From Delftia acidovorans NBRC 14950 (lineage in GTDB: Bacteria > Pseudomonadota > Gammaproteobacteria > Burkholderiales > Burkholderiaceae_C), in contig NZ_BCZP01000043.1 of the NCBI RefSeq assembly GCF_001598795.1, positions 1 through 29,449 of the forward strand: a DNA stretch of 29,449 nt, written 5' to 3'. A program made the position numbers and the translations under genes. This document shows positions 1 to 7,600 of this stretch, one piece after another. Positions within the stretch are counted from its first letter, which is position 1, and each line of letters opens with the position of its first letter. A model generated the notes under the pieces. The model saw only the letters and a list, made by a program, of their open reading frames with translations. It did no database searches and was not told where the DNA came from.

Positions 1-24
1 GGCCGCCCCGCACCGAGGGTGTCG

Positions 25-58
25 TCCCCCTCCCCCGCGCAGCGGGTAGAGAGGGGGA
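25..58. repeat. GC-rich nested hairpin just downstream of xsc (REP-like or terminator-like)
   Basis: TCCCCCTC (25-32) pairs with GAGGGGGA (51-58), and inner CCCGC (34-38) pairs with GCGGG (42-46). No U-tract follows on the minus strand, so it is not a canonical intrinsic terminator. Confidence 0.3.
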
Positions 59-92
59 AGGCGCGCAGCGCCTCAGGGGGTGTCAGACAGCT

Positions 93-1904
93 TCAGACAA
101 AATCTTTGTACTTTTCGAGGAAGCGCACGGGCTTGGCCAGCGCATCGCGGCGGAACGGGTCGCCCAGTTCGCGCGTGCACATCACCTCGATCACGCAGGT
201 CTTGCCGTGGTTCATCTGCAGGTCGATGGCCTTTTGCAGCGCCGGGCCCACGTCCTCGATCTGGTCGACCACGATGCTCTCGGCACCCATGGCGCTGGCA
301 ATGGCTGCGAAGCTTTCGCTTTCCAGCTCGCCGGCCACGAAGCGGCGGTTGTAGAAGTCCACCTGGTTCTTCTTTTCCGCGCCCCACTGGCGGTTGTGGA
401 AGACCACGGCCGTGACGGGAATGTCATGGCGCACGGCGGTCATGATCTCCACCATGCTCATGCCCCAGGCGCCGTCGCCGGCGTAGGCGATGGCCGGGCG
501 GTCGGGCGCTGCGCACTTGGCACCGATGATGGTGGGCAGGGCATAGCCGCAGTTGCCGAAGCTCATGGGCGCGAAGAAGCTGCGCGGCTCGTCGAAGCGC
601 AGGTAGCTGTTGGCCACGGAGTTGATGTTGCCGATGTCGGTGGAGACCATCACGCGCGGCGGCATGGCCTTTTCCAGCTCGCGCAGCACCTGGCGCGGGT
701 GCAGGTACTTGCCGCCCGTGGGCGTGCGCTCGCCCTTGGCCTCTTCGATCATGTCCAGGCTGTAGGGGTCGCGCTCATGTGTCCACTCGTCCAGCTCCTT
801 CTCCCATGCGGCCTTTTCGGTAGCAATGGTGTCGGCGCGCGCGGCCTTGGTGGCGTCGCAGGCCAGGGTCTGGCCCTGCAGGCGGCGGCCCAGCTCGCGC
901 GCCACGGCCTTGGCGTCGCCGTGGATGCCCACCGAGATCTTCTTGACCAGGCCCAGGTTGGTGTGGTCGGCCTCGACCTGGATGATCTTGGCGTTCTTGG
1001 GCCAGTAGTCCATACCGTGCTGGGGCAGGGTGCCGAAGGGGCCCATGCGCGAGCCCAGCGCGATCACCACGTCGGCCTGGGCGATGAGCTTCATCGCGGC
1101 CTTGGAGCCCTGGTAGCCCAGCGGGCCGGCCCACAGCGGGTGCTTGGCGGGGAAGGCGTCATTGCGCAGGTAGCCCGTGACCACGGGGGCGCCCAGGCGC
1201 TCGGCCAGCTGCCTGCACTCCTCGACCGCATCGCCCATGACCACGCCGCCGCCGGCCAGGATCACGGGGAACTTGGCCGTGGCCAGCAGTTCCGTGGCGG
1301 CCTGCAGGCTGTTTTCGCCGCCCGAGCCGCGCTCCACGCGCATGGGCTTGGGGATTTCGCACTGCACTTCGCCGTAGAAATAGTCGCGCGGGATGTTCAG
1401 CTGTGTGGGGCCCATCTCGGAGATGGCGCGGTCAAAGCAGCGGGCCGTGAACTCGGCCATGCGCTTGGGGTTGCAGACATGGCCCTGGTACTTGGTGAAC
1501 TCCTGGAACATGGGCAGCTGGTTGGCTTCCTGAAAGCCCCCCAGGCCCATGCCCATGGTGCCGGTCTCGGGCGTGATCATGACCACGGGGCTGTGGGCCC
1601 AGTAGGCTGCGGCGATGGCGGTCACGCAGTTGCTGATGCCGGGGCCGTTCTGGCCGATCACCACGCCGTGGCGGCCCGAGACGCGCGCATAGCCGTCGGC
1701 CATGTGGGCGGCGCCCTGCTCGTGCACCACGGGGATCAGGCGGATGCCGGCGGGCGCGAAGATGTCCATGGCATCCATGAAGGCCGAACCCATGATGCCG
1801 AACATCTCCGTGACGCCGTTGGCCACGCAGGTCTCCACAAAGGCTTCGGAAGGGGTCATCTTCTGGACGCCTTCGACCACCGTACGATTGTTGGCTGCAG
1901 TCAT
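93..1904 (-). CDS. xsc: Sulfoacetaldehyde acetyltransferase (ThDP-dependent, Xsc)
   Basis: 603-aa ORF with ATG at 1904, preceded by AAGGAGA. It has ThDP-enzyme architecture (GQNGPGISN in the N-terminal domain, AYAGDGAWGMSMVEIMT ThDP/Mg motif). LGYQGSKAAMKLI and the C-terminal ELGDPFRRDALAKPV are signatures I recognise from Xsc rather than acetolactate synthases. Confidence 0.85.
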   Translation of the reverse strand: MTAANNRTVVEGVQKMTPSEAFVETCVANGVTEMFGIMGSAFMDAMDIFAPAGIRLIPVVHEQGAAHMADGYARVSGRHGVVIGQNGPGISNCVTAIAAAYWAHSPVVMITPETGTMGMGLGGFQEANQLPMFQEFTKYQGHVCNPKRMAEFTARCFDRAISEMGPTQLNIPRDYFYGEVQCEIPKPMRVERGSGGENSLQAATELLATAKFPVILAGGGVVMGDAVEECRQLAERLGAPVVTGYLRNDAFPAKHPLWAGPLGYQGSKAAMKLIAQADVVIALGSRMGPFGTLPQHGMDYWPKNAKIIQVEADHTNLGLVKKISVGIHGDAKAVARELGRRLQGQTLACDATKAARADTIATEKAAWEKELDEWTHERDPYSLDMIEEAKGERTPTGGKYLHPRQVLRELEKAMPPRVMVSTDIGNINSVANSYLRFDEPRSFFAPMSFGNCGYALPTIIGAKCAAPDRPAIAYAGDGAWGMSMVEIMTAVRHDIPVTAVVFHNRQWGAEKKNQVDFYNRRFVAGELESESFAAIASAMGAESIVVDQIEDVGPALQKAIDLQMNHGKTCVIEVMCTRELGDPFRRDALAKPVRFLEKYKDFV

Positions 1905-1930
1905 GTTGTCTCCTTGAAAATGGAACTAAA

Positions 1931-2009
1931 TGTTCCGAAAAAAGAAATTACGGCGCAAGTCTAGGACTGACTTCGCCTGGATGTCAAACAAATTTCTTTT
2001 TTCGGAACA
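1931..2009. promoter_or_regulatory. Candidate operator pair in the AT-rich xsc/iclR divergent control region
   Basis: TGTTCCGAAAAAAGAAATT (1931-1949) is the exact reverse complement of AATTTCTTTTTTCGGAACA (1991-2009), with a 41-nt spacer. There is also a local palindrome GGAAC-N5-GTTCC at 1922-1936. Confidence 0.45.
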
Positions 2010-2035
2010 AATTGACTCGAAAAATTGAAAAACAT

Positions 2036-2863
2036 ATGATGACCAACACCATGAACACCCGTGACCCCATCCCTGCCCGTATCGATGGCGACACGCCCAA
2101 CCTGCGGCTGTTCGCCCTGCTGGAGGCCATTGCCCAGAAGAACGAGCCCTTCACGCTGCAGACCATGGTCGAGGAGACAGGCCTGCCCAAGCCCACCATG
2201 CACCGCATGCTCCAGCAGCTCGAGGGAGCGGGCATCCTGCAGCGCGAGGGCAATGGCCGGCACTACGGCACGGGCCGGCGCCTGATGCGGCTGGCCGAGA
2301 GCGTGCTGCTCAACAACACCACGCATGGCGCACGCCACGCGGTGCTGGCCCAGCTGGTGCGCGACATCGGCGAAAGCTGCAACATCACCGCCTTCTCGGG
2401 CAGCGAGGTGCTCTACCTGGACCGGGTGGAGACGCCCGCGCCGCTGCGCTTTTATCTGCACCCGGGCTCGCGCGTGCCGGCCCATTGCTCGGCCACGGGC
2501 AAGCTGTTCCTGAGCCAGATGGCGCCCGCGCAGCGCAGGCGGCTGCTGTCGGCCGTGCCGCTGGAAGGCTTCACGGCCAACACGCTGACGGCCTTTGACG
2601 CGCTGGACGCCGAACTGGACCAGGTGCGCGCCCAGGGCCATGCCTTCGACAACGAGGAATTCCTGCCCGGCCTGCTGTGCCTGGGCGTACTGGTGCCCTC
2701 CATCCAGGGCGGCCCCTCGAACATGGGGCTGGCCGTGCAGGCGCCCATCATGCGTTTCACGCGCGAGCGGGCGCTGTCCTTTCTTCCCCAACTGCGCGCG
2801 GCGGCCGAGGCGATTGCGCGCATCAACGACGAAGTCCCCCCGGGAGCCCCTGACGATGACTGA
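2036..2863 (+). CDS. IclR-family transcriptional regulator
   Basis: N-terminal winged HTH (LFALLEAIA...FTLQTMVEETGLPKPTMHRMLQQLE) and C-terminal IclR effector domain (GESCNITAF...VLYLDRVE...GSRVPAHCSATGKLFL...GHAFDNEEF). The ORF opens at TTG 2012; I prefer the first ATG at 2036. The stop overlaps the cobS ATG. Confidence 0.85.
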   Translation: MMTNTMNTRDPIPARIDGDTPNLRLFALLEAIAQKNEPFTLQTMVEETGLPKPTMHRMLQQLEGAGILQREGNGRHYGTGRRLMRLAESVLLNNTTHGARHAVLAQLVRDIGESCNITAFSGSEVLYLDRVETPAPLRFYLHPGSRVPAHCSATGKLFLSQMAPAQRRRLLSAVPLEGFTANTLTAFDALDAELDQVRAQGHAFDNEEFLPGLLCLGVLVPSIQGGPSNMGLAVQAPIMRFTRERALSFLPQLRAAAEAIARINDEVPPGAPDDD

Positions 2864-3833
2864 GCTGACCCTGATGCATCCCACGCGCACGCTGGCCGTG
2901 CGCGAGACCTTCGGCCTGGACACCGACATGCAGGTGCCGGCCTTTGCCGAACGCAGCGAGCATGTGCCGGCCGTGGACCCGGCCTACCGCTTCAACCCGC
3001 AGGCCACGCTGGCCATCCTGGCCGGCTTTGCGCACAACCGGCGCGTGGTCATCCAGGGGCTGCACGGCACGGGCAAGTCCACCCATATCGAGCAGGTGGC
3101 GGCGCGGCTGAACTGGCCCTGCGTGCGCGTCAATCTTGACGGCCACATCAGCCGGCTGGACCTGGTGGGCAAGGATGCCATCGTGCTGCAGGAGGGCCGC
3201 CAGGTCACGCAGTTCCAGGAAGGCATCCTGCCCTGGGCGCTGCAGCGGCCCGTGGCCCTGGTCTTCGATGAATACGACGCGGGCCGGCCCGATGTGATGT
3301 TCGTCATCCAGCGCGTGCTCGAACGCGAGGGCAGCTTCACCCTGCTGGACCAAAAGCGCGTGCTCCAGCCGCATGCGCAGTTCCGCCTCTTCGCCACCAT
3401 GAACACCCTGGGCCAGGGCAACCTCAGCGGCCTGTACCACGGCACGCAGATGCTCAACCATGCCCAGCTCGACCGCTGGAACCTGGTCACCAGCCTGGAC
3501 TACCTGGCGCCGGCCGAGGAAGCCGCCATCGTGCTGGCACGCGTGCCGCAGTTGGCCACGCCGCAGGGGCGCGAGCAGGTGGCCGCCATGGTGGCGCTGG
3601 CCGCGCTCACGCGCAAGGGCTTTGCCGTGGGCGACCTGTCGTTGCTGATGTCGCCGCGCACCGTCATCACCTGGGCCGAGAACGCGCAGATCTTCCATGA
3701 CCTGCGGCTGGCCTTCGAGCTGTCCTTCCTCAACAAGTGCGAGCCGGCCGAGCGGGCCATCGTGGCCGAGTACTTCCAGCGCTGCTTCGGCCAGGAACTG
3801 GCGCTGCGCGACGAGCCCGCCCATGCCTGCTGA
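2856..3833 (+). CDS. cobS: CobS-family AAA+ (MoxR-class) ATPase
   Basis: 325 aa. Walker A is GLHGTGKST and Walker B is ALVFDEYD. Long stretches match CobS as I remember it (LAILAGFAHNRRVVIQG, HIEQVAARLNWPCVRVNLD, ILPWALQ). The ATG at 2856 lies inside ATGACTGA, which contains the iclR stop. Confidence 0.85.
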   Translation: MTELTLMHPTRTLAVRETFGLDTDMQVPAFAERSEHVPAVDPAYRFNPQATLAILAGFAHNRRVVIQGLHGTGKSTHIEQVAARLNWPCVRVNLDGHISRLDLVGKDAIVLQEGRQVTQFQEGILPWALQRPVALVFDEYDAGRPDVMFVIQRVLEREGSFTLLDQKRVLQPHAQFRLFATMNTLGQGNLSGLYHGTQMLNHAQLDRWNLVTSLDYLAPAEEAAIVLARVPQLATPQGREQVAAMVALAALTRKGFAVGDLSLLMSPRTVITWAENAQIFHDLRLAFELSFLNKCEPAERAIVAEYFQRCFGQELALRDEPAHAC

Positions 3834-5514
3834 GGCATCCCCCTCGCTGGCGCGCATGGAGGCCTGGGGCGGCGCGCTGCTGCGCGCCATGGCGGGCGAT
3901 GCCTCGCTGCAATGGAGCGGGCAGACGCTGTACCGGGGCACGGCGCCCGTGGTGCTGGCAGCGGCCCACCAATCCGATGTGCCGGCCCGATTGGCCGACC
4001 AGCGCGGCCTGCTCGACGGCGCCAGCCTGCGCCTGCGCCTGAGCGATGCCGCGCTGCACGCGCGCCACCTGCCCGGCGACCCGGTGGAGCGGCTGGTGTT
4101 CGAACTGCTGGAGCAGTTGCGCGTGGAAAGCCTGGCGCCCGAGGAATGGCCGGGCGCACGCGCCAACCTGCATGCGCGCTTTGTGCACTGGAGCCAGGCC
4201 TTTGCCGATTCGGGCCTGACCGAAAGCAGCCTGGGCATCCTGCTGTTCACCGTGGCGCTGACCGCCTGGAGCCGCATGAGCGGACATGCGCCGCCCGATG
4301 CCCTGGCCGACCTGGCCGAGGCCACGCGCGCCGGCCTGTCGGCGCAACTGGGCGCGCAGTGGGCCCTGCTGCGCCGCCACCGGCAGGACCAGCAGGCCTT
4401 CATTGCGCCGGCCCTGGCCATCAGCCGCTGGGTGGGCCAGGCCGTGCGGTCAGCCCAGGAAGAGGCGCCGCGCGGCGCTGGCGGGCCGCGCCGGCGGGGC
4501 AGCTTCGCGCTGCCGCTGCACTTTGAATCGCAAAGCCTGGATGCGCCGCCCGTGGCACTCAGCGGCGACAGCCGCGCCTGGGCCGGCTCGGCCCACAGCT
4601 ACCGCGTGTTCACGCGCGTCTATGACCGCGAGGCGCAGGCGGCCGAGCTGATCCGCGCAGCGCAACTGGCCGAGTTCCGCGGGCAGATGGATGAGGAACT
4701 GGCGCGCAGCGGCTTGCACGCGGGCCGGCTGGCCCGCCACCTGCAGCAGCGCCTGGCCGTGCCGCGCCACGACGGCTGGCAGTTCGGCCTGGAGGATGGC
4801 CACCTGGATGCAAGCCGGCTGGCGCAACTGGTCAGCGATCCGCAGCAGCGCGCCATCTTCAGGAACGAGCTGCCGCGCCCCGTCAGCGATGCGGCCGTGG
4901 CCCTCCTGCTGGACTGCTCGGGCTCGATGAAGGCGCATGCGCGCCCGCTGTCCCTGCTGGTGGACCTGCTGGGTCGCGCGCTGTCCATGGCCGGCGTGCC
5001 GGTGGACGTGCTGGGCTTTTCCACCCAGGCCTGGAACGGCGGCCGCGCCCGCCGCGACTGGCAGCGCGCGGGCCAGCCCCACATCCCGGGCCGGCTCAAC
5101 GAGCGGCTGCACATCGTCTTCAAGGACGCCGCCAAACCCTGGCGCCACGCCCGCCACGGCATTGCCGCGCTGCGCAGGCCCGACCTCTTTCGCGAGGGCG
5201 TGGACGGCGAGGCCGTGGAATGGGCCTGCGAGCGGCTGCTGGCGCGGCCCGCGCAGCGCCGCATCCTGCTCGTCATCTCGGACGGCTGCCCCATGGACAC
5301 GGCCACGCACCAGGCCAACGACGAGCACTACCTGGACCAGCACCTGCGCCAGGTCATCGCCCGGCACGAGCGCGCGGGCGACGTGCAGATCCGCGCGCTG
5401 GGCGTGGGGCTGGACCTGGGCGTGTTCTACCGGCGCAGGCTGGCGGTGGACCTGCGCGAGCAGATCGATGAAGCCCTGCTGATGGACGTGGCGGAGTTGA
5501 TCTGCCGGCCGTGA
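3823..5514 (+). CDS. cobT: CobT-family von Willebrand factor A protein
   Basis: 563 aa. The ATG at 3823 overlaps the cobS 3' end by 11 nt. The C-terminal vWA domain has a MIDAS-type LLLDCSGSM plus the CobT_C-like run LGFSTQAWNGGRARRDWQRAGQPHIPGRLNERLHIVFK...RRILLVISDGCPMD. Confidence 0.8.
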   Translation: MPAEASPSLARMEAWGGALLRAMAGDASLQWSGQTLYRGTAPVVLAAAHQSDVPARLADQRGLLDGASLRLRLSDAALHARHLPGDPVERLVFELLEQLRVESLAPEEWPGARANLHARFVHWSQAFADSGLTESSLGILLFTVALTAWSRMSGHAPPDALADLAEATRAGLSAQLGAQWALLRRHRQDQQAFIAPALAISRWVGQAVRSAQEEAPRGAGGPRRRGSFALPLHFESQSLDAPPVALSGDSRAWAGSAHSYRVFTRVYDREAQAAELIRAAQLAEFRGQMDEELARSGLHAGRLARHLQQRLAVPRHDGWQFGLEDGHLDASRLAQLVSDPQQRAIFRNELPRPVSDAAVALLLDCSGSMKAHARPLSLLVDLLGRALSMAGVPVDVLGFSTQAWNGGRARRDWQRAGQPHIPGRLNERLHIVFKDAAKPWRHARHGIAALRRPDLFREGVDGEAVEWACERLLARPAQRRILLVISDGCPMDTATHQANDEHYLDQHLRQVIARHERAGDVQIRALGVGLDLGVFYRRRLAVDLREQIDEALLMDVAELICRP

Positions 5515-5572
5515 TGTCCTCCACGATAGCGACTTCGCTCAGCCCCCATCCCGCCCGGGTGGGACTGCAGAT

Positions 5573-6337
5573 CTAGCGGACCTGCGCGACAAAGTCGCTC
5601 ACCAACTGCGCAAACTCCGCGGGCATTTCCACGGCACTCAAATGCGCGGCGGGCAGCGACACCAGCTGCGCGCCCGGAATCTGCGCCTGCATGTCCTCGG
5701 ACAGGGCAGGCGGCGTGGCCTCATCGCGACTGCCCGCAATGAGCAGCGCGGGGCAGGCGATGCGCCGATTGCTCTCGCGAAAATCGATGCCGCCCACGGC
5801 CGCACAGGCCGCCGCATAGGGCTTGGCCGCCAAAGCCTCCAGCCCTGCGCGCAAGGAGGCCACGCGGGCCGCCTGCCCGGTGCGGAACTCGGGGGTGAAC
5901 CAGCGCTGCATGGCGCCGTCGGCAATCACCGCCACGCCCTGGTCGTGCACGGTGGCAATGCGCGCCTGCCAGCCTGCGCGCGCGGCCTCGTCGTAGTAGC
6001 TGGCCGAATTGGCGATGGTGATGCTGCGCACCAGCGCCGGATGGCGCACGGCCAGGGCCTGGGCCGTCATGCCGCCCATGGACAGGCCCACGAAGTGCAC
6101 CGGCCCCTGGCCCAGCGCATCGATCACGCCGGCTGCGTCGTCTGCCAGATCGTTCATGTCGAAAGCCTCGCCGATGGCGGGCGAGCGGCCGTGGCCCCGG
6201 TGGTCGTAGCGCACCACGGTGAAGCGGTCTTCCAGCGCCTGGGCAACGCCGTCCCACATCTGGAGGTCACAACCGAGCGCGTGGCTCAGAACGAGGGCCG
6301 GGCCTTGGCCCTGCTGCACAACATGGAGTTTCGACAT
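5573..6337 (-). CDS. Alpha/beta-fold hydrolase, 3-oxoadipate enol-lactonase-like
   Basis: 254 aa from ATG 6337. It has an HG oxyanion motif (LSHALG), the nucleophile elbow GLSMGG and a C-terminal His region (AAHLS). The overall pattern is typical of PcaD-like lactonases, but substrate specificity cannot be read from the sequence. Confidence 0.75.
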   Translation of the reverse strand: MSKLHVVQQGQGPALVLSHALGCDLQMWDGVAQALEDRFTVVRYDHRGHGRSPAIGEAFDMNDLADDAAGVIDALGQGPVHFVGLSMGGMTAQALAVRHPALVRSITIANSASYYDEAARAGWQARIATVHDQGVAVIADGAMQRWFTPEFRTGQAARVASLRAGLEALAAKPYAAACAAVGGIDFRESNRRIACPALLIAGSRDEATPPALSEDMQAQIPGAQLVSLPAAHLSAVEMPAEFAQLVSDFVAQVR

Positions 6338-6441
6338 GGCGGTCACTGCTTGGGGGAAAAGGCGATTATGGGATGGCCCATGCGGGCAGGCGGCTACGGA
6401 TACCACGCATATCCGGCAGCTCAGCCCCATAATCCCCAGCC

Positions 6442-6810
6442 ATGCACGCCCTGCGCAACTCCGTCTCACTGGCCCGCCTGGTCATGGCGTGGTTCGCGTT
6501 GACGCTGGGCCTGGCCATTGCATCGCCCCTGGTGCACCCGCAGGCCATGGAGCTGGTCTGCACGGCTGGCGGCAGCGTCAAGCTGGTCGTGGTCAACGGT
6601 GAAGAAGGGCAGGCGGTGTCTGCCCAGCATTCGCTGGACTGCCCGCTGTGCCTGGCGGTGACGCCGCCGCCCGCGCATGTCTCCCCCTCCTGGGCGCAAC
6701 CGCAGCCGCTGGGCCGCGCGCTGCAGCCCATCGTCTCTGCCCGCATTGCCTCCCTGGTCGGCGCACCGCTGCCGCCGCGCGGGCCTCCCTTGCTGCTGCT
6801 GATCGCCTGA
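6442..6810 (+). CDS. Small exported DUF2946-like protein with CxxC motif
   Basis: 122 aa with an N-terminal hydrophobic signal (LVMAWFALTLGLAIASPLVHPQA), a conserved-looking LDCPLCLAV (C-P-L-C) and a Pro-rich tail. Its position directly upstream of SCO1 and a TonB-dependent receptor is the usual DUF2946 context. Confidence 0.6.
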   Translation: MHALRNSVSLARLVMAWFALTLGLAIASPLVHPQAMELVCTAGGSVKLVVVNGEEGQAVSAQHSLDCPLCLAVTPPPAHVSPSWAQPQPLGRALQPIVSARIASLVGAPLPPRGPPLLLLIA

Positions 6811-6934
6811 GCCCTCGGCTGCTGTGCAGCGCTGTCCCGCGCTGTCTGGCCGCTGGCCTGTCTCAGAACATTGCCGCATCGGCCGGGCGCAGCCTTGGCG
6901 GTGCGGCTTCGCCAAGATTCCACGCAGGGAAGCC

Positions 6935-7600
6935 ATGTTCCGTTCCGATTGCCATGCGGCGCCGCAGCGCGCCGCCGATTCTTCTTCGACCCTCCCATCC
7001 GTTGCTTGCGTTGCCCTGTCTCGCCGTGCCTGCCTTGGCGGCGGCCTGGCCGCACTGGCGCTGCTGGCCGGCTGCAAGCCCGCCACCGTGCCGTTCAAGG
7101 GCATCGACCTGACCGGCGCGCAGTACGGCCGGGACTTCCGCCTGCGCGATGCCGATGGGCGCGAGCGCACGCTGGCCGACTTCAAGGGCCAGGCCCTGAT
7201 GGTCTTTTTCGGCTTCACCCAATGCCCCGATGTCTGCCCCACGGCGCTGACGCGCGCGCTGGAAATACGCGAGCTTCTGGGTGCCGACGGTGCCCGCCTG
7301 GCCGTGGCCTTCATCACCATTGATCCCGAGCGCGATACGGCCCAGGTGCTCAAGGCCTATGTGGGCGCCTTCGACCCCGGCTTTGTCGCGCTGCGCGGTG
7401 ACGAGGCGCAGACGGCCGAGGTCGCCAGGGAATTCAAGGTCTTCTACAAGAAGGTGCCCACGGGGGCGTCCTACACCATGGACCACTCGGCCATCACCTA
7501 TGTCTTCGATCCCGAGGGCCGGCTGCGCGTGGCGTTCCGCCATGAGCAGGACGCGCAGGACTGCGCGGCCGATCTGCGGCAGATCCTGGGGGCTGCATGA
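6935..7600 (+). CDS. SCO1/SenC-family copper chaperone (thioredoxin fold), probable lipoprotein
   Basis: 221 aa with the CPDVCP (CxxxC) copper site and downstream DHSAITYVF His. The N-terminus carries an SRRACLGG twin-Arg-like motif and an LLAGC lipobox. The start could lie further upstream in the same ORF (6824). Confidence 0.85.
   Translation: MFRSDCHAAPQRAADSSSTLPSVACVALSRRACLGGGLAALALLAGCKPATVPFKGIDLTGAQYGRDFRLRDADGRERTLADFKGQALMVFFGFTQCPDVCPTALTRALEIRELLGADGARLAVAFITIDPERDTAQVLKAYVGAFDPGFVALRGDEAQTAEVAREFKVFYKKVPTGASYTMDHSAITYVFDPEGRLRVAFRHEQDAQDCAADLRQILGAA

Noticed and set aside
1-92. Possible relationship between the G/C-run element at the window start and the GGGGGGAGGCTGAGGG run at the window end
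   Set aside because: Only short shared strings (CCTCAG/CTGAGG next to G/C runs) are present. That is too little to claim the same repeat family from one window.
207-1964. 585-aa plus-strand ORF. The same applies to similar long antisense ORFs at 2823-4421, 9713-11467, 15903-17516, 19847-21325, 22126-23151 and 23184-25217.
   Set aside because: Each lies opposite a gene with strong family motifs and a plausible SD and start. Their compositions are the usual high-G+C shadow pattern.
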